Part shown: piece after piece, positions 6,725-15,777 of the stretch
Position numbering within the stretch: position 1 is the stretch's first letter
Layout of the letters: each line of letters begins with the position of its first letter
Source: a virus
Taxonomy: Duplodnaviria > Heunggongvirae > Uroviricota > Caudoviricetes
Direction: 5' to 3' (one strand)
Virus record (IMG/VR): IMGVR_UViG_2850778813_000007
Length of the DNA stretch: 29,035 bases
Translations under genes and position numbers: made by a program
The notes under the pieces: model-generated
The model's input: the letters and a program-made list of their open reading frames with translations, nothing else
Database searches by the model: none
Told to the model about the DNA's origin: nothing

Positions 6725-7774
6725 TCAAACGATTAAATCCTGAACTTCCCTGACTGTCTGCTCAAAACGTCCTGTCTCCAGTTCAACGCCAATCGCACGA
6801 CGCCCGAGCGCCAGTGCCGCTTTTACCGTTGAACCCGACCCCATGAAAAAATCCGCAACCAGATCACCAGGACGACTACTTGCGCTGATTATCTGCTGCA
6901 GCATTTCTGCCGGTTTTTCGCACGGATGTTTCCCGGGATAGAACTGCACCGGTTTATGTGTCCACACATCCGTGTACGGCACCTGCGCCGTCACACCAAA
7001 ATACCGCCGCAGATGTTTATATTCACTCTGCAGCTCCGCATACTGTCGGTTCAGTGAAGTATACGTATCCACCAGCTGGTGGTGGGGCTTTTCCAGTTCC
7101 CCCCGCTGATGCTTCTCTTCTGCCACCCTGGCAAACAGTGCCTGTAATTTCAGATAATCGCTTTCGTTCGGCAACTGCCACTGACTGGCACTGAACCAGT
7201 GCGACACCATGTTTTTCTTTCCTGTGGCATCTGCAATCTGTTTTGCCGTTATCCCCAGGGCCGCGCATGCATCACGAAAGTAAGAAATCAGCGGGGCCAT
7301 CACATGCTGTTTCAGTGCCCTGCCCTTCGCCTCATACCCGGCATCTTTCGGACGATACGGCCCCTGATAATGTTCCGCGAACAGAATGCGCTCTGTGGCG
7401 GGGAAATACGCCCGCAGGCTTTCCTTGTTGCACCCGTTCCAGCGTCCGGAAGGCTTCGCCCAGATAATATGGTTCAGCACACTGAAGCGTTCACGCATCA
7501 TGATTTCGATATCAGATGCCAGGCGATGACCACAGAACAGGTAAAGACTTCCGGCAGGTTTCAGCACCCGCCAGAACTGCGCCAGACACTGGTCCAGCCA
7601 CTTCAGGTAATCATCGTCGCCCTTCCACTGGTTATCCCAGCCCTCAGGCTTCACTTTAAAGTACGGCGGGTCCGTGACTATCAGGTCAACAGAATTTTCG
7701 GGTAACGACCGGATAAATTCCAGGCAGTCGGCGTTGATTAACTCACAACTGGATATTTTTACAGTATTAAGCAT
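6725..7774 (-). CDS. DNA methyltransferase, N6-adenine/N4-cytosine family (beta class: DPPY motif IV before FxGSGS motif I)
   Basis: 349-aa ORF; LIVTDPPY near the N-terminus and DFFMGSGST near the C-terminus; no adjacent restriction endonuclease candidate. Confidence 0.8.
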   Translation of the reverse strand: MLNTVKISSCELINADCLEFIRSLPENSVDLIVTDPPYFKVKPEGWDNQWKGDDDYLKWLDQCLAQFWRVLKPAGSLYLFCGHRLASDIEIMMRERFSVLNHIIWAKPSGRWNGCNKESLRAYFPATERILFAEHYQGPYRPKDAGYEAKGRALKQHVMAPLISYFRDACAALGITAKQIADATGKKNMVSHWFSASQWQLPNESDYLKLQALFARVAEEKHQRGELEKPHHQLVDTYTSLNRQYAELQSEYKHLRRYFGVTAQVPYTDVWTHKPVQFYPGKHPCEKPAEMLQQIISASSRPGDLVADFFMGSGSTVKAALALGRRAIGVELETGRFEQTVREVQDLIV

Positions 7775-7910
7775 GGATCATTAAGCCTGTCTCTGATAGG
7801 CTCATTCTGCTTTTGCGCAAAGCAGTGGGCCTGAGGTTTGCTTGTGAACCCAACGCATGAGCAGATGGCTGGTGGGTGCCCCTAACACCCACCAGCCGCC
7901 CATTTACCAC

Positions 7911-7938
7911 AAATAAAAAAGCCTTCACTGCGGAAGGC
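7911..7938 (-). terminator. Rho-independent terminator (second terminator downstream of Q)
   Basis: Minus strand GCCTTC-CGCAGT-GAAGGC followed by TTTTTTATTT; the stop codon of the 65-codon ORF lies inside the stem. Confidence 0.5.
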
Positions 7939-8122
7939 GTCTGTAACAACCGAACTGATAGTCTGCCAGACCCGCCATAACCAGCTGGGTCAGTATTAAC
8001 TGGCAGCGTTCGCGTGAAAGGTAAGTATTCTGCGCTATCTCCCCGACTGTCGCCGGTTCGGTAACGCTTAATTCATTAAACACCACTCTGGCGGTTTCTG
8101 TCATATCCTGCTGTTTTAGCAT
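7925..8122 (-). CDS. Hypothetical 65-aa protein between Q and the methyltransferase (possible small DNA-binding protein)
   Basis: ORF track 7925..8209; ATG at 8122 preceded by AAGGGAAAAAGAC; flanked by terminators on both sides. Confidence 0.3.
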   Translation of the reverse strand: MLKQQDMTETARVVFNELSVTEPATVGEIAQNTYLSRERCQLILTQLVMAGLADYQFGCYRRLPQ

Positions 8123-8244
8123 GTCTTTTTCCCTTTTCCGGTTAACGTGACACACCAATAACTCTTGTCGAAAAAGCCAGCAAGCTGAAAGACAGGTATT
8201 CACCGCCACCAGCGCGTTTACTGTACTGACGCGATTTCAGTCAT

Positions 8245-8266
8245 AAAAAACCCGCCAGGCGGCGGG
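8245..8266 (-). terminator. Rho-independent terminator about 85 nt downstream of the Q stop (tR'-like position)
   Basis: Minus strand CCCGCC-GCCT-GGCGGG followed by TTTTTTAT. Confidence 0.5.
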
Positions 8267-8348
8267 GTGTAAAAAATCTTCTAACGTCAGGCATAAAACG
8301 CCCATCATTAGAGCAAATTTACCACAGATTCGGGAAAAATCAACAACA

Positions 8349-9170
8349 CTATCGCGTTACCCTCTTTAACTGCCGCTCCGCCCATGCCTCTTCAATGTCA
8401 AACCGAACCACCAACGTATCGTAAAAGCGTTTCACTGATTTTTTCCACGTATCAAGCGTGATAGCACTCGTCACTTTGCATATGGCATTAAATGCCTCCG
8501 TTGATGGTAGTCTTTCACAGCCACGACCACCACAACGCTGGCAGTCTCTGATAACAGGCATACCACGTTTTACCGACTCTTCACGATGAATGGCGACACC
8601 ACGCCCACGGCAATCCTTACAGGCGGTGGAAACCTCACCCTTTCCGCCACACTCCGGACAGGCAACTTTTACCACCTCCCTGACTTTTTTCCATTCTTCC
8701 CAGTAAGACGGATACACGCCTTTTGTGCACTTTGCCCACACTGGTGGCTTACCATCCGGATACTGGATCTTGTTTGTAAAAACCTCGCTTTCAATAAATT
8801 TTTTTCCGTGACAGCAGGGGCACTGTTTTTTGCTCGCCGCGCTACGGGCATAATCTTCAAACGCATACGAAGCCATAATGCGCATCACTACCGGTTTTAT
8901 TTCTGCCGGAAGTTTTCTCAACGCCGCTACACGATCGCACCGACTGAGTGCATAATCTGCCAGTAATTCTGTTGCCCGCGCCCTGTCATTCATACTGATG
9001 CCCATTTTCCCCAGGAACGCAGAAAACCCCATCTCAGCCCGATTCTGTGTCATGCCCTGCGCGGCCATCACATCAGTGATACTCAGCGCATCTTTTGACG
9101 TTGAGGCCGATGCATCGGTCAGGCTAGGGGATTTTGGGGAGTAGTATTTCGGTAAATCTTCCAGTTTCAT
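8349..9170 (-). CDS. Putative late-gene antiterminator Q-like protein with four CxxCxGxG zinc-ribbon repeats
   Basis: 273-aa ORF directly downstream of rusA and upstream of terminators and late genes (the Q position); CPCCHGKK, CPECGGKG, CKDCRGRG, CQRCGGRG repeats. Family assignment is by position and length, not confirmed. Confidence 0.5.
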   Translation of the reverse strand: MKLEDLPKYYSPKSPSLTDASASTSKDALSITDVMAAQGMTQNRAEMGFSAFLGKMGISMNDRARATELLADYALSRCDRVAALRKLPAEIKPVVMRIMASYAFEDYARSAASKKQCPCCHGKKFIESEVFTNKIQYPDGKPPVWAKCTKGVYPSYWEEWKKVREVVKVACPECGGKGEVSTACKDCRGRGVAIHREESVKRGMPVIRDCQRCGGRGCERLPSTEAFNAICKVTSAITLDTWKKSVKRFYDTLVVRFDIEEAWAERQLKRVTR

Positions 9171-9541
9171 TTTTTGACCTGCTCTTCATGCATTATGGGG
9201 TAAATCTTCACCCCCATACGTCCACCAGATACTGGCTGACCACGAACGATATTGATTTCATCAAACTGCTCATCGTCCATTAACACTCCCGCATGCGTCA
9301 GCGCATCCAGCGGTGCTTTCAGGATATTGTCCAGGTCGCGACGACGCTTATCCGGTGGCTCTGCAATCACCTTTATCGCCAGCCTTCCGGACAGGCTTAA
9401 TTTCAGCCGCTGCTGGCGAACAATAAGCGCCACAGCCCGGCGATAACGCTTTCCCTCCTCCGAGATAAAATATGTGCTGCCACGGCGTCGCCAGTAAGTG
9501 TTCACCGTCGGCGGGTAAGGTAAAACCAAATCTATGAGCAT
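9167..9541 (-). CDS. rusA: Holliday junction resolvase RusA
   Basis: 124-aa ORF; LPYPPTVNTYW...DKRRRDLDNILKAPLDALTHAGVLMDDEQ matches the RusA family signature; 4-nt overlap with the upstream Q-like gene. Confidence 0.85.
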   Translation of the reverse strand: MLIDLVLPYPPTVNTYWRRRGSTYFISEEGKRYRRAVALIVRQQRLKLSLSGRLAIKVIAEPPDKRRRDLDNILKAPLDALTHAGVLMDDEQFDEINIVRGQPVSGGRMGVKIYPIMHEEQVKK

Positions 9542-9715
9542 CAGTCACCTCTTTTACCCAAGCACGCCAGTTGCAAAGGCGTGATCAAGAAAACGAAAAA
9601 TTAAATCAACCTGAGAACCATGCTTTTCTTCGAACGCCAGAGGATCCGCATGAAGCTCGTTGTGATGCTCCCGACACAGCGGTAGCGTGAAAATATCGTG
9701 AGATTTTGTCCCCAT

Positions 9716-10549
9716 TCAGCCCTGACCATGACCAATCAGGTGATGGGGATCGTCGGCTGGCTTACCACAACACGCACACGGCTGTGTCTTCACCCAGCGT
9801 GTGTATTTCTCGTTAACCCAGCGGCGACGTTTTGGGCGTAACATAAAAGACTCCGGCGACTCCGGATCCACTTTCAGCGCCAGCACCTTTTTCGCCTTAT
9901 CCTGGATGATGCTGGTGGCAGGAACCGAAGGCACAAGGTCACTTTCCCGGGTGACAGACGGCACAACAGGCTTCGGTAATCTCAGTGCCTTACGGGCTGC
10001 ACTTTCCGGTAAGGCATCCGCCAGGTCATTACGAATCAGCCACCAGCACAGTTCCGGCATTGTCACAACGTGACTGTCATCAAAACCGAGATCCCGACGC
10101 ACAACAGACAACACCCAGCGGGCACAGTTATCCGTTGCCATTGATTCCAGCCGTTCCGTGAACTGGTCACGGAGAAGATTGTCACAGTGCCAGCACAGAC
10201 GGATTGCGCCTGGCGCGTGCCGCATTGTGGTCATGTTCTCGCTGTGCCAGTCGGAATGAGGCCACTGACAGCCCTTTTCACGAAGTAACCAGCTCTCAAG
10301 GCATTCCACGCCACCAGCACGACGGATCACCGCCTCATGGCGGAACACGGCCCGAACGGCAGGATCATCCGCCAGCGGTTGTGATGCTGCCGGAACGGCA
10401 CCGCTGGCGAAAGATGAATAACGTTCCGGCTCAGGCTCCAGCAGGACACGCCCCTGCATAAACAGGGGCATCAGCTCTGAACCGGGCCTGAACAATACAA
10501 TCCCCATTCGCGGGGCAATTTCAGGAGTCAACAATGCTCTCACGGTCAC
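9716..10549 (-). CDS. Phage protein with C-terminal HNH-like motif, interrupted by an in-frame TGA (DUF968-like by position next to rusA)
   Basis: 277-aa ORF ending CACCGKPADDPHHLIGHGQG then TGA; the same frame continues for 52 codons (9557..9715) with PLCREHHNELH, completing an HNH-type motif. Confidence 0.55.
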   Translation of the reverse strand: MTVRALLTPEIAPRMGIVLFRPGSELMPLFMQGRVLLEPEPERYSSFASGAVPAASQPLADDPAVRAVFRHEAVIRRAGGVECLESWLLREKGCQWPHSDWHSENMTTMRHAPGAIRLCWHCDNLLRDQFTERLESMATDNCARWVLSVVRRDLGFDDSHVVTMPELCWWLIRNDLADALPESAARKALRLPKPVVPSVTRESDLVPSVPATSIIQDKAKKVLALKVDPESPESFMLRPKRRRWVNEKYTRWVKTQPCACCGKPADDPHHLIGHGQG

Positions 10550-10594
10550 CTCAGCGAACGATATTGCATGAACGCAGGAGAAAAAATTCAGCCA

Positions 10595-10852
10595 TCACGC
10601 AGTAAACTCCTTCACCAGCGTTTCAAACTGGCTTACCTGGCCTTCCAGTTCCGCCACGCAATCCACCAGCTCATCCACCGCCTTTTGTGTACGGTGTTTT
10701 GCCTGCAGCAGATCACGAAGCGCCGGAGTAAGCTGCTTGCGGAGCGTATCTTTTGCCACGCTCGTTTTTTCCATCTGTTCAGCACAACGAAGCATCTCCT
10801 GCGCCTGCCGACGAAGTTGTTCCGGTGAAACAGTGATTGTTCTGTTGTTCAA
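10595..10852 (-). CDS. Hypothetical 85-aa helical protein
   Basis: ORF track; charged helical sequence; ATGA overlap with the helicase gene stop. Confidence 0.45.
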   Translation of the reverse strand: MNNRTITVSPEQLRRQAQEMLRCAEQMEKTSVAKDTLRKQLTPALRDLLQAKHRTQKAVDELVDCVAELEGQVSQFETLVKEFTA

Positions 10853-12250
10853 AATAAACGCTCCGTTTTACTGCCCGACATGCGGTTATTGCTGTATCTG
10901 CGCGGATTGCCCGGCGTCATGGGTGTGGAAAGAACCCGGGCACTCTCCTGGTCCACAGGCAGAAAATGTCCGTTATGAAAACGCCGGTAAATGGTCCCGA
11001 GCGTGCCATTACGCTGTTTCGTGATGTTGATTTCTGCTATGCCTCTGGCCTGAGTTTCCGGGTTGTATACCTCATCCCTGTAAAGCATCAGAATGATGTC
11101 GGCATCCGCCTCGATTTCCCCGGAGTTTTTCAGGTCCGAGTTCATTGGGCGTTTATTGGGTCTGGATTCCACGCCGCGGGAGAGCTGGCTCAGAGCAATC
11201 AGCGGAAAACCGCCGGATTTTGCCAGGCTTTTAAGTCCCTTTGAGATTTCCCCCACCGCAAGGTCGTGACGCCCCGTACTGCGGGTTTTAATCAGGCCGA
11301 GGTAATCGACCACCACCAGCGCCGTTTCCGGGTGTTTCATCCGGTGGTGCTTCGTGGTTGCACATATCTCATCAATGGGTCAGGTTTGCCTGGTCCACCA
11401 TCCAGATATTACGCCCCGTCATTCGTCCCACGCCCTGCGAGAAACGCGCCCAGTCTTCATCTTCAAAACGGGCAACAGACTTAAGACGGGATACCGGCAT
11501 TCCACCGGCAGCAGACACCATACGTTCACCAATCTGGATGTTCGCCATCTCCATGGTGAACAGAAGCACGCCATGCCCCTGCTCAGTCACCTTGTCGATG
11601 ATGTCCAGCGCAAGTTCGGTTTTCCCCATCGAAGGACGGGCGGCAATGAATACCAGGTCTCCGGGCTCCATACCGCCCGTTTTTGCGTCCAGTTCATCAA
11701 TACCGGTCATCAGCGCCCTGGATTTCTCCAGTCCCTGATTGCGGCATTCAACACGGTCGACCACTTCCAGAAGGACATCATCAATGTGAACCGGCTGAAT
11801 GACGCCCTTTCCGGTCGACAGTGAGGCCATCATGTTCTGCACATCCTTCAGGGCATCCTCGGCTGCTTCACAGGTATACGCATCACGTAAATTCTGTAAT
11901 GCTTCAGTCAGTGTTTTTTCTGCATCGCGCAGTGCGGCATTGCGCCGCAACGCTGCGACATAGTGCTCCAGTGAAGACTTCACCCAGGTTTTGCGTCCGG
12001 TGTCGGTAATCACCGGGGCAAGTTCCGGCATCTCATTGCACAGCAGTACGGGGTCAATGACGCCGGATATGCGAGCCTGTCTGCAAATCCCCGCGTAAAT
12101 ATCCCGGTACTGACGCACAAAAAATACATCCGCCGGAAGTGTGGCCAGAATATCCATCACTTCCGGATCGGCCCCACGCAGAAAAAACGCACCGATGACA
12201 GCGCCTTCCAGGTCATCGTTACGCCATGCCGGGGTGTTCTGGCTGGTCAT
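10849..12250 (-). pseudogene. DnaB-like replicative helicase, split into two ORFs by a frameshift
   Basis: N-part 11372..12250 and C-part 10849..11340 (Walker-B-like [44 protein letters not shown]) lie in different frames; removing one G from the GGG run at 11377..11379 restores ..[34 protein letters not shown]. Confidence 0.7.
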
Positions 12251-13134
12251 GCGGCAACACCTCCGATACGAGAACGGTAGCTGGGCCAGTTAAACGACAA
12301 CCAGTTGCGCCCGCCATCGGTGATCCTGTCGGCAATCCGGGGACTGATGAACGCCCACAATTCTTCCGGTGAAAGATTGCTGATCAAGATAGTTGGCAAA
12401 ATACCCTCATACCGGGCATTGATAATTTCCTGCAAAATGGCCATTTCAGCCGCACTGCCAAACTGAACGCCGACTTCGTCGACAATCAGCAAATCCAGTG
12501 ACGCATAATGCTCAATGACGTCATCCGCTGTTTTTTCACTGTCATTCCGCCAGCAGTTTTTCACAGCCCGGGTAAGGCGCATCACGTCGGTGATCTCCAC
12601 ACTGGCCAGATAGTTACGGATGATGTGTTTTGCCATTGATACCGCCAGATGATTTTTCCCGGTACCGCAACTGCCGGTCATAACAAGACTGGTACCGTTC
12701 TCCAGCATATCTGGCCAGTTCTCCGCATAGCGGCGACAGGCCGCAAGATTTCTGGCTGCGTCAGGATTAACCTCCAGATAATTATCAAACTCGCAGTCCC
12801 GAAAACGCAGAGCAATTCCGGCGTTATCAGTCAGTTCTTCCGCCTTGAGGGACGACAGTTCCATGGTCAAATAACTGGCCTCAGCGATCAAGCAGTCAGG
12901 GCAGCATGAAATTTTTTCTCTGTCCTCGCCATTACGATCGCTCCACACCAGTATATGCGTACGATATTTACCGTGTTTTTCGCAATATCCGCGACCTTCA
13001 CGCATCAGGCAGGAACGATAAGGCCATGGCTTTTCGCCCTTCTGAGCAAATGCAATCTCTGCCCGTAACTCATCCATTCGCGCCTGTAGTCTTGTTTGTT
13101 TCTCACGTTGGTCAATCGTCATCATCGCTGTCAC
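12247..13134 (-). CDS. DnaC/IstB-like AAA+ helicase loader (phage replication protein)
   Basis: 295-aa ORF; Walker A GSCGTGKNHLA, Walker B LLIVDEVG; Cys-rich N-terminus; overlaps the helicase gene start. Confidence 0.75.
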   Translation of the reverse strand: MTAMMTIDQREKQTRLQARMDELRAEIAFAQKGEKPWPYRSCLMREGRGYCEKHGKYRTHILVWSDRNGEDREKISCCPDCLIAEASYLTMELSSLKAEELTDNAGIALRFRDCEFDNYLEVNPDAARNLAACRRYAENWPDMLENGTSLVMTGSCGTGKNHLAVSMAKHIIRNYLASVEITDVMRLTRAVKNCWRNDSEKTADDVIEHYASLDLLIVDEVGVQFGSAAEMAILQEIINARYEGILPTILISNLSPEELWAFISPRIADRITDGGRNWLSFNWPSYRSRIGGVAA

Positions 13135-13135
13135 C

Positions 13136-14116
13136 TCAGAATGTCAATTTGTTACTGGATTTACCGAATTTGTCAGACATGGCTCCCAGGCCAGCCAGGA
13201 CATCAACCTGTCGCTGTCGCCCACCTCCGTGAGCGGCTGGCTGTTGCCAGTAATCTTCGAAGTGACGATCGGGTCCAAAGAACGTCGCAGCCTGCTTCAC
13301 GAACTGTGTGCCGGTATTTCCTGTAGCACGTACCCAGGCGGCATACCGCTTCACGCCATCAAGCATGGTCTCCGGTTTTATTCCTTCCCTGATACGGGCT
13401 TTCCAGGCTTTGAAGGCTGCTGACTTGGAATTGCCACCAGCACGTTTGGGATATTCCTGCCAGGCCTGTTCAAATTCCGGTGAATATTCCTGTCGGGCAG
13501 AACGCGCTGGCGCAGACGCGTCAGCGGATGCATCAATAGTGTTTTTAGTCTCCGTTGTAATCTCTGTATTTGTATCAACATTCGGCGTATCCCCTGTTCC
13601 GTTATGACGTCGGGGGGTGTTCCGTTTTAACGTAATAGCTGTATCGCTGATTGCATTATTGCTGTTACTTTCTGGCGAAACAGAAGAAGGTGTGGTGATG
13701 GCCGCAATTGCCTGTGGGTTGATCCCGACAAACAAAATATTGCTGCATTTCACCCCATCGAGCATTTCCACCGTGCGTAAATCCAGAGTAATAAACCCTG
13801 CATCGCGCAGACGCTTCAGCGCATCTGCGGTTTCCCTTTTCCCGAAACCAAACTGCTCAGCAAACGCCTGGTAGCTTCTTTGCAGTTTGTCGCCCTGAAA
13901 ACGCTTGCGATATCCCAGCAACGCTCCGGTGTGCTCATCCCTGACCTCTGTCGGGCGGTACCAGTAAACGATCTCTGAAAGCAGAGCGATAGCCGTCGCA
14001 TCCGGACGCCCACTGGGTAGTCGAATATATTTCCACCAGTTCGCAGGTGTAACATTGCCGGAAATATTAATTTGACCAATAGCCATAACTTCCGGTGTGG
14101 GGGCGTAACGGCTCAT
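13136..14116 (-). CDS. Phage replication initiation protein (O-like position)
   Basis: 326-aa ORF immediately upstream of the loader and helicase; low-complexity T/N/S-rich central linker; conserved-looking C-terminal KAWKARIREGI..VKRYAAWVRA motif; family not verified. Confidence 0.55.
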   Translation of the reverse strand: MSRYAPTPEVMAIGQINISGNVTPANWWKYIRLPSGRPDATAIALLSEIVYWYRPTEVRDEHTGALLGYRKRFQGDKLQRSYQAFAEQFGFGKRETADALKRLRDAGFITLDLRTVEMLDGVKCSNILFVGINPQAIAAITTPSSVSPESNSNNAISDTAITLKRNTPRRHNGTGDTPNVDTNTEITTETKNTIDASADASAPARSARQEYSPEFEQAWQEYPKRAGGNSKSAAFKAWKARIREGIKPETMLDGVKRYAAWVRATGNTGTQFVKQAATFFGPDRHFEDYWQQPAAHGGGRQRQVDVLAGLGAMSDKFGKSSNKLTF

Positions 14117-14412
14117 ACAACCTCCTTCCGCGGCATGAGAATTGTGTAGCCACGCGCAGGTTGTAGTCTGGCTTTTGCATCAATAGTAAGCGTTGCAATT
14201 TTTCGGATATGAAGATAACCAGCTCTTTCCAGTGCCAGGGTTTCCCTGAATATCGCTTGCTTAGAACAACAGCAGAAATCAGCAAGCACCTGATGATCAA
14301 TAACTCTCTCGCCTTCACCGTCTGAAGAACCCGACATCAAAACACGCAACATAATCAGGCGCTGAATCGGGTTATCGAAAGCACATCCGCACACAAACTG
14401 AAAACAGTTCAC
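14113..14412 (-). CDS. Hypothetical 99-aa protein (possible winged-helix)
   Basis: ORF track; 4-nt overlap with neighbours on both sides. Confidence 0.4.
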   Translation of the reverse strand: MNCFQFVCGCAFDNPIQRLIMLRVLMSGSSDGEGERVIDHQVLADFCCCSKQAIFRETLALERAGYLHIRKIATLTIDAKARLQPARGYTILMPRKEVV

Positions 14413-14633
14413 GCCACACCTCCCAGACGCTTAAACATTTTTCCAGACAGAAATACCGCCAGAGGGTAACTGATGGTGTAGCTACGCCCCTGTAGTTCGC
14501 ACACGACTTTCTGGCTTTCAGCGTTGACTAGGCAAACCCGCAGAACGTGACCGTTGCTGGTGGCGAACCACTGCCCCACACGGGGGCAACGGTTGTATCG
14601 GTGATACAGGGAATTAACGATGTGGCGGATCAT
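14409..14633 (-). CDS. Hypothetical 74-aa protein
   Basis: ORF track; 4-nt overlap with neighbours, part of a coupled chain. Confidence 0.35.
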   Translation of the reverse strand: MIRHIVNSLYHRYNRCPRVGQWFATSNGHVLRVCLVNAESQKVVCELQGRSYTISYPLAVFLSGKMFKRLGGVA

Positions 14634-14824
14634 GGACGCACCTCCACCGTAGTTACGTATTTAACCGGGCTACCTTTCATTGAGATGGTTTCACACATCT
14701 CTGCCGCTTTCAGTTCCGCTGTTTTTCTGGATTTATAGCGACGGTGCCAGACAGATACATCCGTGCGAACTGATACATCGTTTCTGTATTCCGTAGTGGA
14801 GATGATGATTTCGTAACTAATCAT
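14630..14824 (-). CDS. Hypothetical 64-aa protein
   Basis: ORF track; 4-nt overlap with the Rha-like gene stop and the next gene start. Confidence 0.35.
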   Translation of the reverse strand: MISYEIIISTTEYRNDVSVRTDVSVWHRRYKSRKTAELKAAEMCETISMKGSPVKYVTTVEVRP

Positions 14825-15372
14825 GGGCGAACCTCCTTGTCAGAACCATTCAGCCTGGAATCAACAAGTGCAGCGCCAAAAACAGCATCACCAACACGGT
14901 CGTACAGTTTGCTAGCCAGCGGAGATTCAACGGCCTTAAGCATTGGATAAAGCTGGCTTGTCCAGATTTGATGGATTTCACGCAAATGCAGGTATACGCC
15001 TCTGGCGTTTCGTGCGACAGCTGACATATCAACCGCGTCAGCACCAGATAAATTCTTCTCCATCTGGTTAAAGGCGTTGATGTATGCCTCTTTGAACCGG
15101 GCTGCACGTTTGCCAGTAAAGCCCATAGCAAGGAACGCGAAGCCATCGCGGGTGATTTGATAGCAAGGTAGTTTGCGGCCTGTGCAATCGGTGTAATCAC
15201 TGGGCTGAAAATTCAGCTCAGTGAATTCAACAGAGCACTCAAGCGTCTGGATTTTTTGAATAACGTTTTTGTGCTGCTTGCAGAAATATTCGGCAACGGC
15301 CAAAGAAGAGGTAACAGCCTTCCCATGGATAACATCAATTTTAGGGTGAGTTTGGGTAGGGGTGGTTGCCAT
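14821..15372 (-). CDS. Phage regulatory protein, Rha/antirepressor-type N-terminal domain
   Basis: ORF track 14821..15669; ATG at 15372 preceded by GAGGA with 7-nt spacer; product MATTPTQTHPKIDVIHGKAVTSSLAVAEYFCKQHKNVIQKI...YQITRDGFAFLAMGFTGKRAARFKEAYINAFNQME. The in-frame upstream extension is treated as non-coding. Confidence 0.6.
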   Translation of the reverse strand: MATTPTQTHPKIDVIHGKAVTSSLAVAEYFCKQHKNVIQKIQTLECSVEFTELNFQPSDYTDCTGRKLPCYQITRDGFAFLAMGFTGKRAARFKEAYINAFNQMEKNLSGADAVDMSAVARNARGVYLHLREIHQIWTSQLYPMLKAVESPLASKLYDRVGDAVFGAALVDSRLNGSDKEVRP

Positions 15373-15535
15373 AGTGACATCCTCATGTGCGAATTTTGAA
15401 AACTCACCACATGGGACGCCAATCACAGAGGTGGTGAGACGTACAGGGTTGGCGTAACCGGTCGCACATGACCCCGGCGCATCTTTCGATGCCCCTGCAC
15501 GCCCCACCATAATTTGGATGTGAGGAAACGTGCGC

Positions 15536-15558
15536 AAAAAAACCGCTGAAGCGCGGTT
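15536..15558 (-). terminator. Rho-independent terminator downstream of the 235-aa regulator gene
   Basis: Minus strand AACCGC-GCTTCA-GCGGTT followed by TTTTT. Confidence 0.4.
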
Positions 15559-15777
15559 ATGCGCATGTGCGAATTTCAGGACGCCAATCCCGGCACCCGC
15601 TTTATAAGGTGCGGAGACAGTGTAACGTCCCGAAATTGCAGAATCAATATTTGGTCTTGAAATGATCATATAGCTGCTGATATCTTTAGAACTGTTCTTG
15701 GATGTTTCGGAGCCGTTTTATGCGAAACAGCTCCCCGTTATTGATGTTGAGTGAGCCGGGTTACTCCCGGCTTTTTT

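Noticed and set aside
9716-9718. Selenocysteine recoding at the in-frame TGA of the HNH-like protein
   Set aside because: No evidence for a SECIS element could be assessed by eye and a Sec in an HNH zinc motif is not expected; a nonsense mutation or sequencing error is the simpler explanation.
15373-15669. In-frame N-terminal extension of the Rha-like ORF (track start at 15669)
   Set aside because: No RBS at 15669, whereas ATG 15372 has GAGGA; the extension contains a terminator hairpin and repeated 13-mers, and Rha-type domains normally begin at the N-terminus.
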